This document shows, piece by piece, positions 41,532 to 54,479 of a stretch of DNA of 64,000 bases; the first letter of the stretch is position 1; each line of letters starts with the position of its first letter. Source of the DNA: Lama glama (taxonomy: Eukaryota); assembly GCA_028534125.1 (NCBI GenBank), contig CM052817.1, positions 59,150,001 through 59,214,000 on the forward strand. The letters are read 5' to 3'. The position numbers were made by a program, and so were the translations under genes. The notes beneath the pieces were generated by a model. It was not told the DNA's origin. It saw only the letters and a list, made by a program, of their open reading frames with translations, and did no database searches.

Positions 41532-41552
41532 AAAAAAAAAAAAAAAAAAAAA
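41532..41552 (+). repeat. A21 homopolymer
   Basis: Read directly. Confidence 0.95.
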
Positions 41553-42689
41553 TCTAAGATGTCAAAAGCAAGCTATGCTAAACAAATAAGAGTGGATAAT
41601 TTAAATATGAATAAATATGTTTTTCTTTAAATAGTGAGGGTTAGATCCTTCATTGTGATTCTTTTTGTGGTAGATGCACAGGCCCCTTGTAGTATCAGAT
41701 GCTATACCAGAGAGGGAGGACTGATGTTGCCTATGGGACTGAGTTATTTGATCCCTATCAGTATGTCCTTATTAAAAATGTATATTCAACTTAATATACC
41801 AGGAAGGTTAAAATGATCACATAATATAATAAACATTTCCCCAAATGTAATGTTAAAGTAATGGAAATGAAGTCTCCACCCATCCCCTCAACTTTCCTAG
41901 GCAGCATGTATAGAAATAGAATAGAAATGTTAATTATCACGATGAATTAACCAAGGTCTCTTTTGTCCTGAAACATTTTCTCAGAATATTTCACATCCAT
42001 TATATTTCTAACATTTGGATACAAATATTAAGCACAGTGTGATTTGAGGATCTGTCAGTAACTGATTCAATAGTTAAATAAGCATCTTATAGAATTAAAG
42101 TCACAAAGATGAAGAGAAAATAAAATCTCACATTGCTAAGTAGGTCTAAATACCCAGATTACTGGAAAAAAGCCAAGAAGAAGTTAATCAGAAAAGTTCC
42201 TGAATAATGATAATTGAATCAGAATAGTTTTGTTTTTGTTTTTTTCACCCACCCCCAAAGAAATCCCTGAAACATCTGTAATTCATACAATGCTCCCTTT
42301 ATACAATCAGGTAACCAGCCTGGCTATCTTTACTCCAAATCAATGGAAGGGTTAAAACGGTAGATTAGAAATAATAGAGAGAGTCTGGTATAAGAAAGCA
42401 CAAATTAAAAAACTAGAATGGCAGTTTACTGCAAACATCAAGACAATTAAACAATAACAAAAAAAGAAAAGATATGGTTAACAAAATATCTCAATTTGAA
42501 ATCACTGAGTATAAGGACACCCTGAAGATATTCCCTAATAGACTTAAGTTTTACAGAAAATTGGAGAGATGCATCTCAGGAATAATAATCTTAAAGTATC
42601 AATTTAAGTTACAGTGTGGTTCTACATGTACTTTACTTTAGAAAAATGTGATATATTTTTGAAATATTCCCATGGAAATACTGGGAGGC

Positions 42690-42865
42690 TGAATGAATTC
42701 GTGATTAATCAAGTAGACTATCCTACATCACAAAGTCTCTGTACTTCAGTTTTCCAGCCTATTTAACAGGAATAATAGAAGATACCCTGAAAGACTTTTG
42801 TGGGGGTTAAATATGTAAGAGATCAGAAGAATGCTTGCCATATGATACATAATAAATACTATATA
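42690..42865 (+). mobile_element. MIR SINE fragment
   Basis: tctctgtacttcagttttccagcctatttaacaggaataatag...gggttaaatatgtaa. Confidence 0.55.
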
Positions 42866-42884
42866 TTATCTCAATCAGAAAAAC

Positions 42885-43200
42885 TTTATTCAGCAAATAT
42901 TTATTAAATGCTTAATACATGCCAGAGAAGTGGATCAGGAGGTTAGATTGGATATAGGAGAAGTGGACAACTTAAAAGTTGAATTTTTGCAGTACATCAG
43001 CAAGGACTTGATTTAAAGGTATATGAGGAAAAAGAGAAAAGGGGATTATTTGGGCAAGAATAGGTTTCAGGGTCAAAATCAAGTTTGTTTGGTTTTATGT
43101 TAGATTACCCATGTTAATTAATCAAACTGACAATGGCTGGATAAACAAATTGGGGCTTGTGGTAGAGATCAAGTTTGGAGAAATGGTTTTCTAAGGAACA
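42885..43200 (-). mobile_element. L2 LINE fragments
   Basis: ttattcagcaaatatttattaaatgcttaatacatgccag...caaggacttgatt...gtagagatcaagtttggaga. Confidence 0.6.
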
Positions 43201-43934
43201 ATGAAAAGATGGGTATTAGAAATTATGCCATTTAGATGGTACACAGAAATTTCCACTGGCTTCTTCAGCACATTTTGTACTAGCCTACTGCTACGTGTGC
43301 TATTCTCTTCTCTCATCTCCTTCTCTTCCCTTTTCTCCTCCTCCTCCTTTGTGACAACAATAAATCCTTCACATTTTTTTTTTGCCACCAGAGCAATAAA
43401 CCAGCTAGTCAGTTTCCATATCAATGTACTTTTCTAAATCAAGGCAGTGCCCTCTTCAAGAGGAATTCTGGCACCAACCTGTAATCTTTGCTTCCTCCAT
43501 GACATGATTCAATAAGCTATGTCTTGTTCCCATCATTAGAGTACAAACTTCTTGTGAGAACTAAAGTGGCAAATATTCATGGACCTTATTTTGATTAATA
43601 AAGTGCATCCAAAAGCCTAAATGAAACATGTGCTGAGATTTCTTCTAAGTGCTCTATTATTCACTGTAGGTCATTGGAATGACTTTTTTTTTTTTTAGTT
43701 CCTTAAATTTCTAGGTTACCACTTTGCTGATTCAAATCGTAATATTGATAATTCTAAAACTCTCTGAGAGTACACTCAACTAAATATAGCATGTTAAATC
43801 CAACAAAAATTATAGTTTCATATGTGGATGTTTATTACTTATTAAAATAATATGTATTCTCCAAGAAAACCATAGAATTCAAATGTAGAAAATTAAATAA
43901 ATAAATTTCAAATGACTTTTAGTTCAACTCTGAA

Positions 43935-44420
43935 ACAAAATGAGTTATCAAGCCATGAAAAGCCATCAAGAAACCTGAAATGCGTATTACTAAGTGAAGT
44001 AAGCCAGTCTGGAAGACTGTGTACTGTATGAGTCCAATTATATGACATTCTGAAAAGGCAAAACTATGCAGATAGTGGTTGCTAAGAGTTGGAGGAGGAG
44101 GAGAGAGATAAGGACAGGGAATTTAAGGGCACTGAAAAGACTGTATGGTATTATAATAATGAATCAATGTCATTATAAATTTATCGAAACCCATAGAATG
44201 TAGAACTCCAAGAGTGAACCCTAAGGTATGCTATGGACTTTGGGTGATTATGATGTGTCATTGTAGGTTCATCCCTCATAAAAAGTACCACCATTCTGTT
44301 GAGTAATGTTGATAATAATGGAAGTTATGAATGTGCAGGGGCAGAGGGTATATGAGAAATCTCGGTACCTTCCTCTCAATTTTGTTGCCAACTTGAAACT
44401 GCTCTTAAAAATGTATCTTA
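43935..44420 (+). mobile_element. Old LINE-1 (L1MC-like) 3' UTR
   Basis: tcaagccatgaaaag...actaagtgaagtaagccagtctg...aaacccatagaatgtagaactccaagagtgaaccctaa...aaactgctcttaaaaat; homologous (inverted) to 2463-2950. Confidence 0.88.
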
Positions 44421-44638
44421 ATAAGTGCCTTTTAGAGTAAATTACCCATTTAACCACTATTTGTAGTAGTATTATACTAGGAAATTTAATCTCATGGAGA
44501 ACTCTTCTGATTGTTTTTTAAGCCTTATTGAAAACTTAGGGTTTTGAACAGAAATGTGAAAACACCACTCTGTATTCGAGGTGTGGTATGAGTGTAGTTT
44601 TTTAAAGACATCTTTTCCTTTCTATGTCTTTACCATAG

Positions 44639-45124
44639 GCTACATATCGAAATCGAATTGTGAGCCAAAGTCTCAGCACAAGGGACAGAAGAGCAGTGCA
44701 TACTCCCACCGAGGACCGTTTTAGATACTCAGCAGCAGACCAGACAAGCCCCTACAAAAGCAAAACCTATCAACTCTCAAGTCTATGTTTAAGTAATTTT
44801 TTGAAGGACAAGGAACTAGTGGAAGTCATCAAACACTCTAGAGGAACTTACGAAACCCTCACGTCAGAAGTCACCCAGAACTTACGGGCCACTGTGGGGC
44901 AGAGCTCTCTGAAGACAACAGCTAAGACAGAAGGGCTCTCCACCTTCTCAGAGAAACCAAAGGACCCAGTCACTGTGGCCCGTCAGCATTCAACCTTCAC
45001 AGGCAGGTTCGGACAGCCACCCAGAGGGCCAATCTCTTTACACATGTACAGCAGGAAGAACGTTTTTCTCCATCACAATTTACATACAACTGAGCTGCAG
45101 ACTCTAGGCCAGCAGGATGGCTAG
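44639..45124 (+). CDS. CCSER1: Terminal coding exon of coiled-coil serine-rich protein 1 (FAM190A); 161 codons plus TAG
   Basis: Polypyrimidine tract and acceptor tcttttcctttctatgtctttaccatAG at 44637-38 (phase 0). Open frame ATYRNRIVSQSLSTRDRRAVHTPTEDRFRYSAADQTSPYK...GRFGQPPRGPISLHMYSRKNVFLHHNLHTTELQTLGQQDG*, recognised from memory as the CCSER1 C-terminus. The region is GC-elevated and non-repetitive. The GTG start in the ORF track is an internal Val. Confidence 0.9.
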   Translation, partial: ATYRNRIVSQSLSTRDRRAVHTPTEDRFRYSAADQTSPYKSKTYQLSSLCLSNFLKDKELVEVIKHSRGTYETLTSEVTQNLRATVGQSSLKTTAKTEGLSTFSEKPKDPVTVARQHSTFTGRFGQPPRGPISLHMYSRKNVFLHHNLHTTELQTLGQQDG

Positions 45125-47850
45125 TTAACTCACCCTGTCCTGTCTCTGGGTGGGATAAAGATGGTTAGTGTTTCTCATGCATAGCTCATATTTAAATTGT
45201 CATGTATTTCTTATTACTTTTTATTTTTAGTTATAAACAAAGAATTTGACACACTTCTTTTTTTCAGAATGAGGGTTTAAGCATGTTAATTGAATTAGGT
45301 TTAATAGCCTTGGAGACTTCATTATATGTATGTATAATAAATGAGACCATCTTGCCGGTTTATATAGTCCACAATTTATCTTTTATCTTTATCAGTCACT
45401 TATATGCAGTGAAGTTTCAGAAGGTAATATCAAATAGCACTCTGTTCGCTTAATGGTGTTACTGTGAAAATAGACGTGAGGAATAAAATAGATGAAGGAA
45501 TTGTAAAGAATTTTAAATTACATAGTTAATAGGAGAAGAGAACAGGGATTTTAACGTCTTATATTTGGTGGTGTGTTTATTTGAAGAGTGAAGCTTCTTG
45601 TATGTAACCTAGAGACATGTTCGTCTCTCTGTTACATACATTCAAGCTCATCTTGCCGTACTATTAAGGGGGAAAGTGCTATTTCTTTTACCCTGTACAC
45701 GTTTAGTTCACAAAGGATTTCAGACTGAGTAATTGCTAGCCAAATAGAGAATGACAGCTCTGATCTTTGAAAAAATTTGCTATAAGTTTTTGCTATTGAT
45801 GTTGAAGTACTATGACATAACACAGTGAGGTGGTAACGTTGGCCGGATTTGGTCAAATGATGCATGAAGCATGACATGCTATGCTCTTTGAGTCACCACC
45901 ATGGTTATATCAGCAGTTTTTTAAATTTGAGGATGGAACATTCTAAGAATATTATTTGACTTCACTTTCCTTGTATTTTTTAAATTTTCACTTTTTATGT
46001 GTGTCCAATTTTGCTTTACATACATTAACCCATATCATTGACTACACGATGAATTGAGAAACAAAGTCATTTTCTTGGTAGCCCAGTTGTATACTGACTA
46101 TTCAGTCATCTAGATTTAGAAGAGAAAGTGAAATATCTGTAAACTTTGGCAGTTTGATCTTAGAAATAAATCTCTAACAGGCATACTTGTTTGATGGCAA
46201 ATATTTCCCTTTAACAAACAAGGCCTATTATGTTTTATATTTAAGTGCAGCTGAGATGAATAAAATAATTCCTTTATGTTTAATCAATAGCAGAGTTGAT
46301 TACAGCTATAGAAATAAATAATTTTAAAATGACCAGTAAGAATCAGGGCTGTAGTTTTCTTACACAACCATAAAAGCTAACAACTGAGCCCTTATTAGGC
46401 ATAGTCCATGCAAATTGAAATTGTCATACCTAATGCATGATCTGTTTCCCTTGCACTGTCTAACAGTCAGAATCCATGAAATGAACAAAGGGAAACTGAG
46501 ATAGCAGTTTTAGCATGGCATTTGACCAACCTGCTTAAATTATGGCTATATATGAAATGCTTCTCCTAATGCAAAAGTGCATTTGAGATCTATGCTTTGG
46601 GGAAAGCCATTAGATTCCCTGCCCCCAGCTTTAACTATCAAACGTTGACCAATTTTTAAACTTTGATTAGAGTTGATAAGAGTAAAGAGTTTAGTGAATG
46701 CAATGTTCTTGTAATTCTGGTTTTCCAAAGGAAAACACATGTGCATCAAGACAAATGTTTGCCAAATGTTTTCTTTCTTTGTGTGTTTTTAATTCTGCCA
46801 AAAGAGAATAATGCACACTGCAATTTGCTTGGCTTAATGAGACTGCTATCTAAAATTCCCACTATACTTTAGAAGTTATAATATTCATGCAGACAGACAT
46901 TTTGGGCTAGAAAATATTTAAGAAGTGATAGAAAAATTATGATGATTTATTGTGGAATTCAGCTTCATTTGTCCTGAACGTTGGTGTGTGTTGTTAGAGT
47001 ATTTGAAGTCTGTAAATAAATTAGCACAGTAAAAGAATCAAGGATTTTTTCCCAGGATATGGAAAAACTATGTATCACAAATAATGTTTTTGCTTTGGAC
47101 TTTTGGAGTTTATAGTTTTGTTTTCCTGGAAGATAGACTTTTGAATTATACTTTGTAAGAAATAATCTATTTAAGAAAACGTGTCATTTAATAGACATTT
47201 TAAGAGAACGTTTTAAACACTAGTATTTTCTTGAAAAATCTTTTTTAAAGCTGAAACATTCAAAAAGAAAACCTGGATTAAACAGTTCAATTTTAAAAGG
47301 AGGGGTATTTTTTGGAAATATCATCTTAAAGCTGTTTTGTATCAGTATTTTCAGCATTGTTATAATATTATTTGTAATACTAAGTGTAACTCAGGCCTGG
47401 AGAAGGTGTAAGCCCACCACGCCAATGTACAACAGTAACTGTAAAGCAGGGGTCCTTTGTAAGTTCCTCTTGTGTACATAGAGAACTCACGTGGGCATTC
47501 TTTCAGCAAATTGATTTCTTTGTACTAAAATCTCTAGTTTTCTAAGACAGTTCCATGTATAAAAATGATTTATACATTTCTCCAAGGCGGTACATATCCA
47601 AAGACATGACACCAGGGGGAAAAAGTGCTTGTGTTTCTGATGGGAGCAGTTGTCTTTTCTTTCCCTTCCTGTTTCTTCTGTGCATGTGTGTGTATAGCTA
47701 AGCCTAAGTAAACCTGTAAGATTTCTGCTGCAGAGTTTCTCTTCTGAATTTAGAATGTGTGTTAAAGGACACCTAAGAAGAGACATTCCTTGAGGAAAAG
47801 CTGTTTTCCACTTGAAATAAACTGTTCTCATTTTTATAATAATTGGAACA
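45125..47850 (+). other. CCSER1: Putative CCSER1 3' UTR (~2.7 kb)
   Basis: AU/GU-rich tract after the stop with no recognisable interspersed repeat. The end is inferred from the poly(A) signal at 47816. Confidence 0.6.
47816..47821 (+). terminator. Candidate distal polyadenylation signal AATAAA
   Basis: AATAAA with upstream TGTA motifs (47473, 47521, 47556) and downstream tgtctttct and T-run (~47857-47886). Other AATAAA hexamers occur earlier in the UTR. Confidence 0.55.
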
Positions 47851-49637
47851 TGCAACTGTCTTTCTATGAACTTAGTAATTTTTTTTCAAATGATTTTATA
47901 TGCTAAGAGTCACAGCAAAATTATTCTCTCTCAAACTATTTTTGCTTCTTTGGATCATCATCATCTTTGTGCAGATGACACCATGAAACTGTAGCTGTGA
48001 TGCTGACAATGTGAATCAACCAGTATCAGTATGCTCAGGGTAAGGACCTAGGGCCACAGATCATTCAAGTCGTTTCTGTTACTTATTGATTAGAGATAGA
48101 AACAAAATAACCAGCCTCTAGTCCACATTAAACATTTGTAGATATGCCCATGCTTACCTAACTTAAAATGTTTACAAAGATTTCCATAATTAATCCAAGT
48201 CTATGACCTGTGTTTTACATCTTGTATTTCCCAAGATTCAATCCTAGCCTGTTATTATTTTCTGAGTGTTACTGTATTCAAAATAATTTACTGAATTCAA
48301 AGGGAACTTCACATTTTGTTTTGTTTTCTTTACCTTGGGTGTGTTTAATGGAAATAATATCTCCCCTAAGAGTTAAGATTTTCTCTTTATCATCATGTAT
48401 TTAAAGACCACATTCCCATGACAAATGCTCACATTCCACTAGTCCTCCCAAGATCTTTCATAATCACTTAGGTGCTGATAGAGTAGTAGGAGCAGTTTAT
48501 TGAATGGTGAGTACTACTTCTCCACAATTACCCACATTCATTATCACCTTTCTCATTATTAAGAAGTGGTAACCCACTATGGTGGGTAACTTGGAATATT
48601 GGGTATAGTTTTATCATTACAATCTCAATTTTGTTCCACTATTTCACTTTCAGAATTTTATATTCCAAATATTCATAGAAGTAGGAAGTGCTTCAAAACA
48701 GCCACTTACAACTGCATTAAACCACGTGTAGATCAACGTGGAAGAGAAAGGGGGATGACTGAAAAGGTGCTGTCTGTGATTGCCTTTCTTCTCACTGAGT
48801 CACATTCCCCACGGCCAGAGGTTTTTCCCTGGCGATATACCCATTTAAATGCAGCACTGATTCATTTATTCCTGGATTTCAATTGCATTCTGGGGCTTGA
48901 CTCTATTTAGGCTTTATTATCAGGTCTTTTTAAGTGTACTTTCTTTATTTTTTCCTCAAGAAAGAAATAATTCAATCACACATAATATTCTTAAGTAATT
49001 TATACTTTTTTTCTTGTTCTTTTCCCATGTGTTACATTTGTCATGCCAGCTCTAGGATGTATCTACACACGTGGCAGGGATGATAGAAAATATAAACTAG
49101 TTTGGGGTCTTAGAAAACCTGAATTGCACCATAGTATAAAAACAAACAGCCAACTCCCAACCAACTAAACAAAGAAGCCCACTTCTCTAACAATATACAT
49201 TATCATTGCCAAATTTTTTTCAAATCTCAATCTGTGCCAAGTTCTTTCACCAACAGAATCACAAACATATCCACCAACTATTTATTTACAATAAATTTGA
49301 TCTTGCTCAGAACCCAGTTGTAGTTCCAAGTAGCGTAACTCAAAAACAGAAGTCAAAGCTATCATTCTCAAGGCATGCTACCATGGAACTGAATGAAGAC
49401 AGTTCACCCTCTTCCAGACCTGGTGAATTTCCCACAGAAGTGATGACACGATAGCAACTGTTGATTAACACAGAGAAGCTTCTCCCACCTGAGTAAGTGA
49501 GCTAGAATGTGGGCTATCACGCTTCCTTCTAGAGAACTTTCACTGTAGCCCCATTAACTTCACTAGTTTAATCTAACGAGCATACTTCCTCTTGAACATA
49601 AAATTCATCTGATCATGCTTTCCAAACATTACCTCAC

Positions 49638-49989
49638 TGTTCTAGTAAGTTCTGGCTGCTAATACAAAATACCACTGACTGGGTGGCCTAAACAACAGAC
49701 ATTTATTTCCTGCAGCTCTAGAAGCCCAGAGGTCTAAGGTCAAGGTGAGAGCTGATTCAAATCCTAATTTGCAGACAGCTGTGTCCTCCGTTTTCTCATA
49801 TGGCGGAGAGTAAACAAGCTGTGGTCTGTTTCTCTTCTTACAAGGTCACTAATCCCATCATAGGATCCCACCATCAAGACCTCATCTAAACCTAATTACT
49901 TTCCTAAGTCCCCTTCTCCAAGTACCATCACATGGAGGTTAAGGCTTTAACATTTAACTTTGAGGGGACTGGACATCCAGTCCATAGCA
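49638..49989 (-). mobile_element. MaLR solo LTR (MLT1A-like), full length
   Basis: Reverse strand begins tgctatggactggatgt...; forward ggctgctaatacaaaataccactgactgggtggcctaaacaacagacatttatt. TG...CA termini; flanks ctcac/ttcat. Confidence 0.88.
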
Positions 49990-50150
49990 TTCATTTTCAG
50001 CTTACAGCAGCCTAGTAAGTTTGCTATTGTTTTACTCATTTCATAGATGAGATCAGAAAGGTTAGGTAACTTGCCAGGGACACACAACAGGTATGTTTAA
50101 CAGAACTAGACTTCATGACCCTTGATCTTTCCATTTATACTATGCTTCCC
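49990..50150 (-). mobile_element. MIR SINE, interrupted by the MLT1 LTR (other part ~49580-49637)
   Basis: ctcatttcatagatgagatcagaaaggttaggtaacttgccagggacacac. Confidence 0.7.
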
Positions 50151-51963
50151 TCCAGAGTTAGGCTTACTCCGAAGAAGGCAGAATGATTCAAGCATACATG
50201 TGCTGCCTCAATCTCCTTTACTCTTAAAATTCCATCGATACAGCTGGGAAAGAAAATCTGAGCAATGATCAATGTCAGCAAACCAGAAGACTACTCATTC
50301 CAAAGGTTTTTTAGAACAATTGTTGATGTTTGGATCAATAAATATAAAACCCTGAGAGGAAAGCACTTTCAGCATTTCCAGATAACCACCTAGAAAATCT
50401 GACATCCTAGTTCTCATTTCTTGAAGGCAACTGGGAAAAATGCTGAGAAGTAATTTCATGTTATATTTTTTAAAGCAGAGGATCAATAAAGTAACATAAG
50501 GAAAACATACAGTAGATGAAAAGTAACCTTGTTACCAGATTATCTTATTATTTCTTTCCTTTATTTTCTGAGGATATTGATACATACGTTGAATTTGATA
50601 TGTTTGTGCTGCCTTACATTTACACAACAAGGTAATTGCAAAATTGGATGTTTCCATGTAGGGACAAAAAATTAACAGCTGATTTAAAGATTCTTAAATA
50701 TTCAGAAAGAACTGAAATTAAATGAGAACTAGAAACTTATCTGTCTTAAATTTTTATAGGAATTACATTTCATTTTGTAGTTAATAATGTATACCTAAAT
50801 AATATGTGAGTAAGGAATAACCCTACCATAAATTGTCTCTTCCAAAATCTTGTTTTCAGGAATGCAAGGGAATTGGAATATGAACTCAGCTAGATCCTAA
50901 TTTTGGGGGAAAAATACAATTTGATGTATTCTAATATATATTGGTCTGAGATTATTAACATTTGTTTCAATATTTTTATTCTCTAAAACAAAAAATCTAC
51001 TGAGAAAGATAATAAATAGCAAATTACTGTGGAAATTATAATTTTTAGTAATATTGAATGCCATAGTATAATTTCTTTTGTGGTTCTTGATTTCCCAAAA
51101 AGATCAGTGATTTTATTTAATGGAAATTTCACCATTTGACTAATATTCTGAGAAAAGATTGATAAGCATGGCAATTGGAAAAATATGCATAATTCTTCTG
51201 CAAAATAAATTTTAAAACAACAAATATGTTGTGTGGTACTTGACTGCTTTCATTATGACATTAATTTGTTCTGAAGCTGTCTTGGTGATAGATTGTTTTA
51301 CACATATATTCACACTGGGCATAAAGCAATGTGATTTATTTCTAGGTCCTTGCAGTTGTGATGACTGGGAGAAGGGAAATAAGCCACTTACTTCATCATC
51401 CAGGTGACATCACTTCTATTTCCACATCCTCTGCCCCCATGCTATTTTCCCCAATTCTGATATACAGTGACAATGTACAATATCCCAGGCACCATTACAG
51501 GAATATGATACTGTTGTTTCATTTCAAGACATGTATGGAATCTGTTCATTCTAGACTGTACTCTTTAGCCTCATTTTTTTTTTTACAACTTATCAGAGTT
51601 CAAAATATATCTCATGGTTTTGACTTTATAACTTATGAAATTGTTTCTTGATTCTATATATTTTGTAACAACACAAAAAATACAAAATTCTTCTAAATTC
51701 TGTCTCTCTCACACACATATACACATATGGAGTTTTCTAAAATGGCTGGAAGATGAATGAATCAGAATAGCTACTCAAGTATCTGAAACAGTGCATGAAG
51801 ATGTATCTGTTTGGCATCCATAACAGCCAATAGGAAAGAACATACTTAAAATGCTACTGCAGGCTTTAAAAGTATACCTTAATATTATTTATTTGAGTTA
51901 ATCAGATATTGTCTGTAACTTTACAACTTCATAGTAAATGGTGCTCTTCTGTTGTATGCTTTT

Positions 51964-52055
51964 CTTTTTAAACATTTTTATTGATTTATAATCATTTTAC
52001 AGTGTTGTATCAAATTCCAGTGTTCAGCACAATTTTTCAGTCATTCATGGACATA
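51964..52055 (-). mobile_element. 92-bp extreme 3' tail of a young camelid-type L1 with perfect 14-bp TSD
   Basis: TSD tgttgtatgctttt at 51950-51963 and 52056-52069. The insert reads tatgtccatgaatgactgaaaaattgtgctgaacactggaatttgatacaacactgtaaaatgattataaatcaataaaaatg on the - strand, homologous to the L1 end at ~37500-37566. Confidence 0.9.
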
Positions 52056-54479
52056 TGTTGTATGCTTTTATATAATGTGATTTCAAAAAGCTGAAATGAC
52101 CAATGTATTTTATAATTTATATGTAGTATGACCTTTTGATTTAAGATTCAATCCATTTTCCTGACCACAGGAAGAGTTTCCTTTTGATTCTGAACTCTTT
52201 TTTTCTATAAAGAATGTCAAAAACCACTGTATTGATTTTTTTAATTAAATCAGTGATGGTATTAACTTTTAGAGATTATTTTGAAGACTTAATGAGAATG
52301 CATAAACTCCACTTTTAAATTCTGTTTGCAATCATCTACAAACCCTTTGGTTATGGTTATAATCACAGAAAAGTAATTTAATTATAATTTAGCCAAGTGT
52401 AGCACTTGGTTTAGTCTCCTGTGTAGGTCTCCCCTAGACCTCTAATTTCACAATAGAAAAGGGTATTGCTTCATCTAAAAGCATTATTTATAATACACGG
52501 GTAATCATGTGACTAAAATTAAAAAACAAAATGATGCTAGAAGATGCTTTTGCATGTTGTGATGCATTGCTATTGTTTGGGTTAATTTTATTTTTCCCTT
52601 CGCAGGTTCTTATACATGAAAAAGGAAATATTTAAGTAAGGTTAATTTTTAGCTAGAAACCACGTGGAAGGTGTTCTTATCTCTTATGCCAGTTCGGACT
52701 CAACATTATATATATTTTCTATTAAAAAAGAGCTAGAAATAAGGAGGGATATACATACATACACAGTCTTGAAATCTACTGAACAGTGAAATATAACCAC
52801 ATCCCAGAAATTCAACTATATGGCTGACATTAAAGAGTCTATACTGGATACCTTAGGTCAGAGGCTGATAAGAGTTTTATCCTTAAACAGAACAGATGGC
52901 TCAAAAGTGTTACCTGACAGCTTTTGGATCCAAGTATCACTTAACTTGAGTACATTTGATAAAACTGTAGCACCACCTCACTAGCCATAATCACTGTTCT
53001 GTATTTAAGTTCTTTAAAATAAGGAATATTTATTGGCAAGAAACAAACAAAGAAATAAACAAACAAACAAACAAAACAAAGAACAAAAATCACATGGCCA
53101 ACCGGCAGACTTCCAAAAACTGAATATAAAGATTTTAAACAGTATATTGAAGGATTGTCTTGTGTGTGGAAACTAAAATGAAAACCTACCATTTATAATT
53201 GCCTAAGAACAGATGTAGGCTAGCGGGATAATAATATTACATATTGTTGAAATTAAAAGAATAAACATAATCTATGACCTGAGTCATAATAAAAAGTCAG
53301 AAAGATAATCAACATAATTAGTAGAACACAAAAAGTTGATGTAGGATATTTGTAATCAACTTAAACTAACATCTCATCTAATCAATAAGAGTTACATCAA
53401 CCCCTACTTTCAGAAACAAGGTCTGAATGTAGAAGTTTCCAGAGGCATCTTTTATAATGAAGTTCAGGAACCAACACAGCCATTCACATCAACTCATTCA
53501 CATGACAGATAAGCCTATTACATAGATTAGGACAATCATGCTATCACATAAAACATAAAATTGGAGTCATTGGAAATACGCAATTTGGTTTTGCCCCAAA
53601 GATGATTACATTCATCTTTCAAAGGAGACTGTACAAATACTTACTAGAGAGGAGTTATTCACATTATTAGGACTACTTGAACCACTCAACTGCAGGAGGT
53701 GATAAAACAGTTTCCCAAGATATTTGATGATAGTATATTATGATGAACTGAAACTACTGCCTCTTACCAGTATTGGTAACAGAGTATTGATGCGGTGCTT
53801 AGCTGACAAACAGAGCTGGCAGGAAAATGGCATGGCTTAACATTTGAGCAGTATATCAGATAGAGGACAGAAAAAAATACAACTAGCCAAAGTCTTTGCT
53901 ATTTTGTTTTCATTATATTGTACGGTCAAGGTGTTCCAATTCTCTCTCTCTCCAGTAATTCCTAAATGAGATAGCAGCCTTATAAATTACCTCCTCCTGT
54001 TAAGCTTCCTCTCAACATATGCATGAAAGCCTTAAAGCCTAGATTAGTAATAATAGATTCTCAATTTTCCACTGAAAGTGCTGATGTTGAAAAACCTCCT
54101 CCATGCTTTGGAGCAGGTAAAATAGTGAATATAAGATTTAAAATTAATAGGGTTACAATCACTCAGAAGAATTATCTACACTTTAAAGAACTTTCCTTTT
54201 TTTGTTGTTGTTATTCAGGACAATGTTAGTATTCCTGAATGAAGCCATTCTGACAGCCTTATTACAGTACATGCATAACCAGCTACGTCCGTGCATATGT
54301 AACCCACCTATATGTATGGTTCCCCACCATCCGCCAGATTGTGTGCTCTGCACTTAGGACATAAAGGCGAAATGATCATTTACTTATACTCAGGTCTTTA
54401 AATTACGTTTCATTTATTCACATAGAAATACTGGTTAGGAGCTCTGTCTAGTGACCCAAAACAGATTCTTATTAATTTT

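Noticed and set aside
44660..45124. Standalone 154-aa gene starting at GTG
   Set aside because: The frame is open back to a canonical splice acceptor at 44638; it is the last exon of a spliced gene.
46394..46435. Small hairpin attaggcat...atacctaat in the 3' UTR as a miRNA or structured element
   Set aside because: The stem is too short and imperfect to distinguish from chance.
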